A DNA stretch of 49,314 nucleotides from Nemertoderma westbladi (taxonomy: Eukaryota; Animalia; Xenacoelomorpha), in the NCBI GenBank assembly GCA_032718475.1, contig JAUCBJ010006572.1:1-49314 (forward strand), written 5' to 3'. The position numbers and the translations under genes were made by a program. Shown piece after piece: positions 1 through 10,630 of the stretch; the first letter of the stretch is position 1, and every line of letters starts with the position of its first letter. The notes under the pieces are model-generated. The model had not been told where the DNA came from and did no database searches. It worked only from the letters and a program-made list of their open reading frames with translations.

Positions 1-2429
1 CGGCAGAAGCAGAAGCAGAAAGAAAGGCAGCAGCGGCAGAAGCAGAAGCAAAAGGAAAGGCAGCGGCGGCAGATGCAAAAGCAGCAAAGGCAGTGGCAGA
101 AGCAGAACGGAGAGCCGCTGAGCAGACTACCCAACTGGAGTTGGAAAATCTGCAAGAGACACAAGACAGTATAAATAAACAGTTTACTGCTAATCAAATG
201 CAAATGATGAGAAAATCTACTCCCAAGCGCCAGGGATACACATCCTCGGAGGAAGGCGAGACCACCGATCCTGAAGGCGGAGGAAATAGATCTCATCTAA
301 GTAGGCGTAGAAAAACATCTTACCGTCGCAAATTGCCTGATTTGCCCCCAGCTGTTAAAAGACAGCTAACTAGCACAGACTTAGGTAGTGCAGAACCCAT
401 AGAACAATTTATCCAGGTCAAAAGACTCCCTACTATAGTCGATGAACCTGAAATCATTAGGCCTGTTGTTCCCAAAGTCACTTCTGTGCTAGAGACCCCT
501 ACACTTCTAGAGCTTAACTCTAAATTCCCTTTACATAGTACTACACTGCCTGTACCCGGTGGAACAGTCCATGCAAATACCCCTGTCCAGACAGCAGAGA
601 GAGAAATCAATAATTTGTCTCCCGTCGTCCCGCGTCAGCCCGCTACTATGTTGGCGACTCCCGCTTCGGCGGTTGAGTGGGTGGAGGAGGGACGGCGGGG
701 GATGAATCTCCTGCTGGGACAGATGCAGGAGACTGTCCACCAACTTAAGGGAACAGTGAGGGAAGGTAGAGCAGAGTTGCAAGAGGTGCAGCAAAGTATC
801 GCACTAGAACGCGACAAATTAGTCAATATCCAAAAGGGCATACCAATAACCCCTGTAACATTGTGTCAACCCGTTAGGTCTGAAGTATTACATGCGCAAG
901 GTGTGGAGCCTACACGCATCTATACTGCTAGTGAAGTTGAAACTCCTATAGCAAACCCTATTAAGGGTGATTATAGGCCTGTTATTAATGATATTCCCTA
1001 TAGAACTGATAATGATCCGAGAAATTTATATACCGATAATTCGATATTAAATAACACGATGGCCCAAGAAAGCTTTACGCGGCAGATGGCTAGAACAGAA
1101 GCCCGCCAAGTGGTCAAAGTGGGAGAGATCGTCAAATTCAATGGAGATGAGATGAAATGGTTACCTTTCAACGAATATTACAAAGATAGCATACAGAACT
1201 CTGTACTATCTAACGGAGATAAACTTAGATTCCTCATCAAATGTTTGGAAGGACCTCCCAAGTTAATGGCGTTAAAGTTTATTGGACATCCAGATGGATT
1301 AAGACAAGTTTGGGATACACTAAACATCAGGTATGGTAACAAGGATAACATAGCTAAGTATTTGTATGCAAAATTAGTAGCCCCTCGACACTTCCTTAGT
1401 AGCGGGATTATAGAGTTTTCCGATGAGATTCAAGAGATCTGTAGACAATTGGACTGGTTAGGTAAGTCTCATGAATATCAGAGTTCCATGGTTATTGGAG
1501 CCGTAGTCTCTACTTTACCAAAGGGTGGAGTATGTACACGCTGGGACAAGAAAGTGTTGTACATGAACGAACAACAACGACGAAGTCCTACCATGGCTGA
1601 TCTCATGTCCTTCTTAGATAGTGAAGTAAAATTACAACTCATAAGGCAGTCCAGAGAGAAAACATCGGAAAATAAGGTAAGTGAGAAACCCGTTTCTAGG
1701 AGAAGGATAATACCAGTGTGTTATACTGACGACGGCGAAAGCCAAGCTTCTCAAGAAGAGGACAGCGGGAAAGACACAGCAAAATCTTACTATGACAACA
1801 AGACCTATAAAGACGTAAGTAAATACAAGTCTCGAACCAGTGACAGGAGAGAACAGGTAACTACAACTCCTCCTACGTCTCCTAAGAGAATTCACGGAAG
1901 AAAGCCCGAAGAAAGAACGAGAGTGCATAACGTTAACCAAGTTAAGGTGAGTAACATCAAACCAAAATGTGCGCTGTGCGACGGGCCCCACCGTTTGAGT
2001 GCGTGTGCTGAATTTCTAAAGAAATCCCCTGTAGACAGACGTACAGTCCTGTGGAATAAGCGGTTATGCTATAATTGCCTCAGATCAGGACACCAACGGC
2101 GAACCTGTTACTCCGACGTAAAGTGTGCAAAGTGTGGCGCGAAACATCACATCTTGTTACACAGTGAGTTCGAACAAGACAACCCGAGTCAGGTAAGTGA
2201 GCCCGAACTACATGTCCAATTCAGTGATGTGAACGACACTGACCAAGGTTCTGAGTGGGAAGGATTCTATACAGACGAATTCTCCGATGCCAACGAATCC
2301 TGTTATCTAATAAATACCACAGTGTATCGAGCACTTACGGATGAAAAGGACACTGACGAGTTTACTCCAACTCCTTTTGACAAACAACCATCTTGGAAAG
2401 TTCCAACTTCCAACATAGGAATAAGATAA
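1..2429 (+). CDS. BEL/Pao Gag (partial, N-terminus outside window), ends at a premature TAA
   Basis: KFNGD..W..F...L....KL.FL...LEG capsid-like region; CALCDGPHRLSAC, CYNCLRSGHQRRTC, CAKCGAKHHILLH. TAA at 2427-2429 corresponds to Glu (GIREFP) in copy 2. Confidence 0.88.
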   Translation, partial: AEAEAERKAAAAEAEAKGKAAAADAKAAKAVAEAERRAAEQTTQLELENLQETQDSINKQFTANQMQMMRKSTPKRQGYTSSEEGETTDPEGGGNRSHLSRRRKTSYRRKLPDLPPAVKRQLTSTDLGSAEPIEQFIQVKRLPTIVDEPEIIRPVVPKVTSVLETPTLLELNSKFPLHSTTLPVPGGTVHANTPVQTAEREINNLSPVVPRQPATMLATPASAVEWVEEGRRGMNLLLGQMQETVHQLKGTVREGRAELQEVQQSIALERDKLVNIQKGIPITPVTLCQPVRSEVLHAQGVEPTRIYTASEVETPIANPIKGDYRPVINDIPYRTDNDPRNLYTDNSILNNTMAQESFTRQMARTEARQVVKVGEIVKFNGDEMKWLPFNEYYKDSIQNSVLSNGDKLRFLIKCLEGPPKLMALKFIGHPDGLRQVWDTLNIRYGNKDNIAKYLYAKLVAPRHFLSSGIIEFSDEIQEICRQLDWLGKSHEYQSSMVIGAVVSTLPKGGVCTRWDKKVLYMNEQQRRSPTMADLMSFLDSEVKLQLIRQSREKTSENKVSEKPVSRRRIIPVCYTDDGESQASQEEDSGKDTAKSYYDNKTYKDVSKYKSRTSDRREQVTTTPPTSPKRIHGRKPEERTRVHNVNQVKVSNIKPKCALCDGPHRLSACAEFLKKSPVDRRTVLWNKRLCYNCLRSGHQRRTCYSDVKCAKCGAKHHILLHSEFEQDNPSQVSEPELHVQFSDVNDTDQGSEWEGFYTDEFSDANESCYLINTTVYRALTDEKDTDEFTPTPFDKQPSWKVPTSNIGIR

Positions 2430-3365
2430 TTTCCTGTAGTGCAAGTTCGAGTTCATGGTCCCAACAAGAGTTACATAGTGAACGCCCTACTTGACTCCGG
2501 CAGCACAGGAACATTCATCGATCAAGAACTAGCCGAAGATATCTTTGCTGGACAACCCAAGTTCCGGACTAAATTGAATATGTCAGGAATTATACAGGTT
2601 TGGAAATCTACCATAACGGCAGATTACTATGTAGGTGCGTTGTCCACCCCCCAGGATAAATTAGGAGCACAAAGTATAAGGTCAGTAAAAATGGTGGCTA
2701 TAAAGAACTTCGCTACTACCCAAGCAGACCTTTATAATTGGGACGAGGATGAGAGCATCCAACATCTTAAGATACCTCGATTCCAGACAGATTATCCTGG
2801 AGTGCAAATACTCATCGGCCAAAACGCGCATGAAGCGCTAGAGACATTGGAGAAACGGCCTGCTCAACCACAGCCACTACAAACTTATGCGGTAAGAACT
2901 AGAGTAGGTTGGTACTTCACTGGCCCTTCCCGTAGAACTCTCAAAGAGAGATTACCTCAACAACAGGTATACCAAGTAAAGGAATGGGAAGTGGAGAGCA
3001 GTGATGTGGACGATCCAACTGAGGGAACACCATACTCCTCAGATAATGACGATATTAACTCCAATGTAGATCAATGGAGACATTGCCTTGGGATGATTAA
3101 TCCAGCCGACATCGCTTCCAGAGGAGCAACTCCTCAAGAACTGATAGATACTCCAGGCTGGTTAGGTGGATCCGACTCCTTAAGTAAAGAAGAAGAAGAA
3201 TGGCCTCCTCATCTTACCACGGCAGAAATTAGACAGGCCAAGGGAGCGGAGAAAGTAACACAACAACTCAATCGCCCAGCTAGTCGTTTATGTTACTGGA
3301 AAGAGACCGAAAACTGTCCGAAAACTATGGAAGGCAAGATACTCTTCCTACGACTACTTCCCTAA
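2430..3365 (+). pseudogene. Aspartic protease fused by deletions to short RNase H-region and integrase C-terminal remnants
   Basis: ALLDSGSTGTFI and ILIG protease motifs. Junction near 3058 jumps to DQWRHC..NPADIASRG; junction near 3257 jumps to TQQLNRP, as read against copy 2. Confidence 0.88.
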
Positions 3366-3926
3366 TCCGACAAATATCTAGGGACTCCATAACGTGATAG
3401 CATGTGGAGTGGGCGTGTGACTATATCATTTTATATTTGTTTATTTTATATTTATGTATGTATTATTATGTACTTTATTATAATCGTTTTTATTTAATTT
3501 TATTTAGTAAAATGTTATTTTAGAATGTTTAGTAGATTAGTGCAATATATTAGTGTTTATTACGTACATAATTACTTATAATATATTTAGTGCGACGGCA
3601 AGAAGTAATTATTTTCTCTTTCCTTACTGTCCGTATTATATTATAAATGCGAGACTATAGTAAGATGACATGTCAGTACTTCTTAAAGTACAATAAAGCC
3701 ACTACTATATTTAAGTATTATTGGTAGGCAGAGTATTAGGAATGCAAAGTTCAGATCCTCGTGTCTCGGCTAAACCAAGCTCTGGGTAGACCTTGGAAAC
3801 GACTTGCCTCTTCACACTGACATTGCTTCGTGCGATATTGCTCTTCTACCTTATAACAAATAATACATATAGTAGCGTGATGTCCCTCTAACAGTAGCGT
3901 AAGTCGCAAATAAATCTGTTAAACTT

Positions 3927-4200
3927 TTGACCATCTGTAATTCTAGTCGATTAAGATATCGTGGCACCCACCGATATACTTGAAAGACAAATTCTAGAAT
4001 CAGTGGTTAACGTCCCCAGACAAGTTCTGGAATAAATCGGTGCCCATCCTAAATATTAATTTAATATTTATTAAAATCTGTAAAATTCAGATCCGTTAAC
4101 AATTCTAGTCGATTAAGATATCGTAGCACTTACCGATACTCTTAAAAGACAAATTTCATAGAATTAAGGATCCTATGTTCCCAGACCTGCTCTGGAATCA
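3927..4200 (+). repeat. Two ~160-bp-spaced direct repeats, each a long predicted stem-loop, in the pol/extra-ORF spacer
   Basis: AATTCTAGTCGATTAAGATATCGT at 3939 and 4101, each followed by a CCAGA-N5-TCTGG hairpin. The same pair is present in copy 2 at ~29740-30075. Confidence 0.85.
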
Positions 4201-5013
4201 AATTGTGTCAATTTTAACATCAAATAATAAAATTCACGGGAATAAATTTAAATTCATATTCGAATGAATTTCATAAATTGTCATTTTGTGCAATTTACAA
4301 CATTCCCAAAATTCCAGTAATTAATAGATCATGGGAGCGGAGATTCATATTGAGTGTACTAGAGTGCGAGAATCTCCAATATATAGTCAATAGCCGATAA
4401 AATTTATAAAATCAAGCATAAAGAGAAGATTGACAATTAAAGAATTACTATTAAATACCATCCCAGATCTGTATACATGAGAATTGCCCTAATTCTACCG
4501 CTAGTTTTCCATAATGTCACCATGGCAACACCCACGCTAGAATTAGAAGCAAGTTAAAGGAACAATAAAAAGCTTGCCCCATTGCGTAGCATAAGAGTAT
4601 ACACAGCGCACTATTAGTATCCAAGGATACATAGTAATAACGTGACATTCTGGATGACACTGACTAACGGACAAATGGCATGCATGTGTGTAGTAAGTAA
4701 TGATTGTATGGAATTTGTGCGTTTATAGGTGAATGTTACTACTAAAGTGTGTTTACAGTAGATAATCGCAATTGTAAAGTAGCCCTAACTCTACCGAGAT
4801 AACTTCAAGTGGATTCAAGCTTTTGGGACGGACAGTGGTGGGACTTGTGCCGGTTATCGTTGTCGTGCTGTTGCTACATGTTGGCGTAAACACTGCGAAA
4901 ACGGTACATCGGCGCTGAGAAACCCACTGTCCGGGGGCAAAGTCTAGTAGGCAGCGACGCCCGCTTGCCTAAATATTAACTCATACTGATATTAATAAAC
5001 TCAGATAGCAGAT

Positions 5014-6462
5014 ATGACGGAATTGATAGAAGATGACTTTGGTATTAGAAAGCGATATACTCTACCTTTACAAGCGTTTGTGGATAGCTTGATACGCGGT
5101 GAAGCCGATCCGACTATTACGGAGGACGATGGTCGTTATATCGAACCGCCGATGTCCCAAGAGCAACTTACGCGTGAATTGGACTATCGAAAATTAACCG
5201 CTCGCTATACGCATCGTAATGGTACGTATATGGACTTCTTAACTACTGGCCATCCTATCGATTTACATGATACGGACGAGGTAGACACCGAAAGGGAAAT
5301 GGTTCTATTTAAATATCATACCCAGCGGCGTCGTAACGATAAAACGAGAATAGATCACGAAAATTCTATTCGTAACAGACTGGGAAGACGAACCAATATG
5401 TCTAGAATCTGAGGAGATTCAGCCTATCGCGCTCGGAACAGCGACAACGATTACATCCTAGAATGGTATCAAGGTCCACAGTGTCTCACTGCGTACGATT
5501 ATCGCCATGCCAACTATGTTTCTCGGCAACGTTGTCGGTTATGCGCATCGAGAGACCATGTTACGCCCATGGACACAAACGTCCGCTGTTCCTATTTCCC
5601 CGAACAACCGGCGATGGAAATTTATTGCGCGTATTGCAGATTTAATAATTTGCACATTTTTGCGGTTTGCCCTCAATTTATGACTCAATGCCATCATTGT
5701 CAATTAAAAGGACACGCCAGCTTTGATTGTCCCTTTAACCATGATTTAGAGAGCATAGATGAAATGATTGTACTACGTTATATCAGAGCTTGGGAAGCGA
5801 ACGCTGATTTACATTGTGATTCACGCCATCGCTATTATCCTGGACGCGCTTACGAAGGAGTTTATGCGTTCCATCCTTATTTGTTTGCCTCCGTCGAGCA
5901 GAAATCACGCCTATCAAGTTATGAACTACTGAAGCGCGTTGGAGAATGTATTTCAACCAAATATGTACGCAAATTTCTCAGGAGCATTAATCCGAGTGAC
6001 ATCCATTCTTACAACTTAATAAACTTTATCCGTCAAGACCCTGCCTATGGAGACTTATTCGTCAACTCACACCCTGAGTTACAAGAAGTATATCGACGGC
6101 CTTACGAGTACCGAGCCCGCGAACGCGAGTTGGAAAGAACCATTAAACCAAGGAAGTTTCTAACTACCTATGGTCCACCCACGGCCCTCGTGCAGACCAC
6201 TCGTACAGGACCCGTAAGAGCGGCTGTCTTGAAACGAGCTCTCAAAGCCGTTAAACCCCTCTCCCCGGACGTTGATGTCAATCAACCCGGTACTTCGACC
6301 GGCGGATATACCGATCGCAATCCCATACCTTCTGATGCAATCATATTGCACCCTTCACCCAGGAGTTATAGCCCTCCTCGTAAAGTGGCTCGCCCCAAAG
6401 AGAAAAGGACTCTTGCTAGCTTTAAAAAACTGCGTAAACGCCGTCCGCGCAAGAAAGACTAA
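5014..6462 (+). pseudogene. Extra ORF of the BEL element (unknown zinc-knuckle protein), one in-frame TGA at 5410-5412
   Basis: ORFs 5014-5412 and 5569-6462 are in the same frame and 5413-5568 is open (GDSAY...CRLCASRDHVTP). Motifs CRLCASRDH, CAYCRFNNLHIFAVC, CHHCQLKGHASFDC; C-terminal KKLRKRRPRKKD. Homologous N- and C-termini occur in copy 2. Confidence 0.8.
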
Positions 6463-6540
6463 CTGTTTAGAGTATTTTTATATTTTAGAAACTGTGATTT
6501 TGTATATTTTATAGACTTAAATCCCATTTTCTGGGAGCGG

Positions 6541-7738
6541 TGTAAAAGCTTTTGTGGGATAACTGATACGTTTGCCTTTGCTGGCCAGTTCCCCCCCAGT
6601 CGCTAGAATACTCTCAAAGGGATTTATAACTAAAATAGTGCAAGCTACCAGCTTATTGGCTGATGTGCTGTACGGAGATATCTGGGCTCAGTTTAATCGG
6701 CCAACTAGCTTAGAGAGGTTGCCTAAGCCTTGCTGTCCGTGTCGGCCAATAGAATTTGCGTAGGCGTTGATTTCGACCTATCCCAGCGCTACTGAACTGA
6801 ATTTCCTATCTCTATGCTCATCCTCTGTGTTGAACGGGGCTTCGTGGAATAAGGGTTTTTGGTATACTCGTATAGTAGTAGTAGTCTTATGATTTTATAG
6901 GATTCTGTTGTTGTGTTCCCATTTTCGCCATAACACCGGCTTTTTGGGAAGAACTCTAGTAAAACTGCTTGAATTATCGAAAGTATAAACTGTTACCTAA
7001 CTAACCTACCGATCAATCTAATCAATCAACCTACCTATTAATCATATTGTTTGTACTGTTATTTACCGTCAGTTATTAATTGTACCTATTTGTTGATGGA
7101 AATATTGCTCTTTGGATAATACGGATAAATCACCCAAATTTCCCAATTTTCTTGATACACTACAGGTTAGAGAGGCGGGCTATATATATAACAATTGCGA
7201 TTTATATTAATGTGGTGTGTATTGAATCTAATGTTATTTAGCAGACCCTACATAAGTCAATTGCTGCTCTCTTTATGTGTGATCAAATATACTGACGGTC
7301 GGCAGAATAGTGTGTATGATTGTGATTGGTAACAAAGTATTTCCTAAAGAATACGCTTTATACTTTAATCATAAGCAGTATCGTTGCGTTTAGTATAAGT
7401 CCTAGTTCTGTTTAAATAGATAGAGCGCCACGTCCTAAAGGAACTGTTAATATTTCCCGAAAGCCAATAATATCTGTCAGGAATTAATTATTAACGATCT
7501 ATCGAATAATACAGTAAGTTTACGCTGCAACCTTACACTGCAATAATAAAATTTAAGCAGCCGAATTCAGCCTCCCGGGTGTAGATCCATCGGGTGAATG
7601 ATCGCGCATGGGCTGACTTCGGCTAATGTTTTGTGTATTAGCATAAAATATTGTCGTATGCTAAAGGTGTTTTAATTAACTAAAAGACATATAAATTTTG
7701 GCAGGTTAAACTGCTAAAGGTCTTCAAAAGCGCGAACA
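6541..7738 (+). repeat. 3' LTR of BEL copy 1 (~1198 bp)
   Basis: Starts TGTAAAAGCTTTTG after purine-rich GGGAGCGG (PPT-like) and ends AAAAGCGCGAACA; both termini match the copy 2 LTR termini. Confidence 0.9.
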
Positions 7739-9120
7739 CCCTCTTCCCGGCTCCACTCCACCCGCGCCCCCATCCCGTGGATGTCAACGTCCCAACATTT
7801 TATGTTGGGCTGATGGGATTATCTATCCACTTTCCTTTATTCCTTTGATGAATAATGAATAAATTACAATTTTGCTACGACTTACTGCAGCACTGTTGAA
7901 TTCAAGCGAGTTAATGTAATGGAACGATGCCTTTCGTGGCTTAAGCTAAGCATACTCAAATTATTAATATATTAACAAATTATTAAATTTTATCCAACGT
8001 TATATAAGGGACCTTTAACGAAAATCTTTCAGCAAGAGCTCAACCTAAAGTATAAATCGCTCGGAGAGTAAAGGTTGCGTTTAGCAAATGCCTTTCCCGT
8101 CTCGAACAGGATGCTTTCAACAGCGGCAACTATATCGCTACGCAGTATCTAAACTTTATTTTGAGATGGGACGGGAAGTTATGAGTCGCTATTTAGATAC
8201 AGCAAATGGACGAGTTCTAACCAACGACTCCGTAATCTGGAACCCTCCCGCTCCCACCCTCAAGCTACAAATCCATTCGCCATTTTGCAGGCACCAGTAA
8301 ATAACCTTTCTAAAATACTTATCAACCAGGACCAAAGAGACTTGCTCGGATTGGGGTTTACCTTCATTCCATACCATGGTACAGCGCCCTCTGATGTTCT
8401 AGAGGCTGAGATTGATGTAGCCTCAGCAGCAACGAAAATTTGAACTAGATTTCGAAAATTGGTTAATCCACCTATGGATGAACAATGAGCAACCCCCCCT
8501 CAAACATCTGACCAACTGATCGTGTCACCGAAGTCCCTGTAGCATCAAACACTTCTGCTACTCCCAAGGTTAGTACTGCCACGCAACTATCTCATACTCG
8601 TTCGCAACCAACAACGGCCCGCAAAAAACTATTCCCAGCCGCGAATACAGATGCTTATGAACCAACACCCCTTGTTGAGGTTCTTCACGAGCTGAACAGA
8701 GCGAACCCACAGCCGGCTCCACAGACCCAACCCCGGGTAGACTGCAATTTGCACCCAGATTTTCCTTTGCAACTCGACCGCCGTGCTGGGGTTCTCATTC
8801 CTGACACACCTTCTTCGCGCACCCGTTCGAGAACAGCACAGGACTCAGTTAACTACAATCTGCGAGGTAAGAGTAATTCTAGACTTAACGCCATCCCGCA
8901 GTCACCCCCTATAGCTGTTAAACCTCCTGATCCCCCGCACTTTAGCCATCCCCATTGGGTAGTGTCATCTGTAGATAGCGTTTCTGTTGAGAATATTATT
9001 TCTGGCTTGCACAGAGCAGTGCGAAGGGTCAATGTAGATAAACTTAATGAGGAAGTGCGCCCTAATATCACCCCAGCACAGCAGTTGGCTCTCAAACAGC
9101 TCCGAAATAACAAGAATTTA

Positions 9121-10630
9121 CTACTCCTACTAGGTCGAGCGAACTCGGACAGTGTAAATGAGATCCTTCCAGGCTTCCCGATTCTCCATAGTTGTCGCAA
9201 TTTCGTTTCTCCCAAGTTCAGTATCCCTTTCAAGTTGATCTATATATGTTATGGCAGGTCGTCCACGACTACGCTTTCCATGAGTTGGTTGCCAGAGAAG
9301 TAGATCTGGTATGACCTCGTCTTTACTTCGCCAGCAGTGCCCACTGAATTTTAATCTGCGTTCACGGAGGGTGGTTGATACAGGTGGTATTGTACCATAA
9401 AGCTCGGCGTTTGTCATGTGTTGTCTCCAGCTGATGTTTAGGGCTGCCCTTAGTAGTCTTGTGTAGCAACCATCAATTCGTTGTTCAAGTGATTTAGTCA
9501 GTGTCCAGGTCTCACCCCCGTATAAAAATACACTTTCCACTGTGGCTCGAAAGAACTTGGTCTTCAGGTGCCTGGAGAGATCTGATTTCCAGATGGTATC
9601 CATTTTTGATAGAGCTACCCAAGCCTTTGCTTTCCTAACTTCTATGTCCTTTTTGCTACTCTCTATCCATGATCCAAGGTACTGGAAGTCATCGACCTGC
9701 CTTAGTTGATTATTATCAATGGTTGTCAAGTTTCCATCAACATTAAAGGTCATGAATTTGGTCTTGGTAGCATTTATATGCAATCCAACCTCCTTAGCAG
9801 CCCTCTCCACTTTATTTAGTAGAAGCTGTGCATCTGCTAGCGTATTAGAGAGCAGGGCGATGTCATCCGCAAAGTCGGTGTCTGTGACTGTAGTTGCCGG
9901 ATATCTACTACTTCTGCGTTCTTGAAGTGTGAATCCCAGATCTTCACCCTTTGTGGCCGTCCTCATTGCGTAATCCAGCACAATTACAAATAGTAATGGT
10001 GCTAATGTGTCACCTTGCAGTACGCCAGCCAGGATTGAGAAAAACTCAGTTTCACCATCTGGTGAGAGTTTCTGCGCTTCTGTGTCACAATATAGCAATC
10101 CAATGCCAGCAACAATTACTTCTGGTATTCCATAAGCTCTTAGGATTTCAAGCATTTTACCTCTATGGATGGAGTCGAATGCCTTCTTGAAGTCCACAAA
10201 AGTCATGACTGCGGGGAGATTCTTTGACTTAATTCCTTCAATCAGTCTCCGTAGTGCAAGTATCTGAGCTATTGTTGATCTACTTGGTCGAAATCCGTTT
10301 TGGCTCTTACGCAGTAGTTTCTCTATGTGAGGCCTAATCCTATATAGAATCATTTTATTGTATATTTTGGCAGCGACCACAAGCAGACAGATCCCACGAT
10401 AGTTTGTTGGTATGCCGAGGTCTCCTTTCTTGGGGAGAGGCTTTAGTTGACCTTTAGTACAAATTGGTGGTGGCTTTTCCCCTTTTAACATCCGGTTGCA
10501 AACATTCAATAATGGTCTAATTAGCACTCCGGTTTTCCATACCTCCGCTGGGATTTCATCTAATCCACTCGCTTTATTATTGGACATGCTTTTAATGCTT
10601 CTTTGGAGTTCGGCAGGTGTGAAGTCCCTT
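9121..10630 (-). mobile_element. 5'-truncated RTE-type non-LTR retrotransposon with 13-bp TSD
   Basis: TAACAAGAATTTA duplicated at 9108-9120 and 10631-10643. The 3' end is the stop codon followed by a short TAG-like tail. Confidence 0.93.
9130..10629 (-). CDS. RTE-type reverse transcriptase (N-terminally truncated, no internal stops)
   Basis: NYRGI, QNGFR, FVDFKKAFDS, GVLQGDTLAP, FADD, YLGS and the C-terminal HGKRSRGRP motif. The frame is open up to the truncation point. Confidence 0.92.
   Translation of the reverse strand, partial: RDFTPAELQRSIKSMSNNKASGLDEIPAEVWKTGVLIRPLLNVCNRMLKGEKPPPICTKGQLKPLPKKGDLGIPTNYRGICLLVVAAKIYNKMILYRIRPHIEKLLRKSQNGFRPSRSTIAQILALRRLIEGIKSKNLPAVMTFVDFKKAFDSIHRGKMLEILRAYGIPEVIVAGIGLLYCDTEAQKLSPDGETEFFSILAGVLQGDTLAPLLFVIVLDYAMRTATKGEDLGFTLQERRSSRYPATTVTDTDFADDIALLSNTLADAQLLLNKVERAAKEVGLHINATKTKFMTFNVDGNLTTIDNNQLRQVDDFQYLGSWIESSKKDIEVRKAKAWVALSKMDTIWKSDLSRHLKTKFFRATVESVFLYGGETWTLTKSLEQRIDGCYTRLLRAALNISWRQHMTNAELYGTIPPVSTTLRERRLKFSGHCWRSKDEVIPDLLLWQPTHGKRSRGRPAITYIDQLERDTELGRNEIATTMENREAWKDLIYTVRVRST

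Larger units (their letters stand above)
1..7738 (+). mobile_element. BEL/Pao LTR retrotransposon, copy 1 (internally deleted, 5' part outside window)
   Basis: Gag with BEL-type triple Cys/His knuckles, protease motif LLDSGS, fragment NPADIASRG, and a 3' LTR with TG...CA ends at 6541-7738. Collinear with copy 2 but lacks RT, most of RNase H and integrase. Confidence 0.93.

Noticed and set aside
5014-6462. env gene interpretation of the extra ORF
   Set aside because: No signal peptide or transmembrane segment; zinc knuckles and a basic tail instead.
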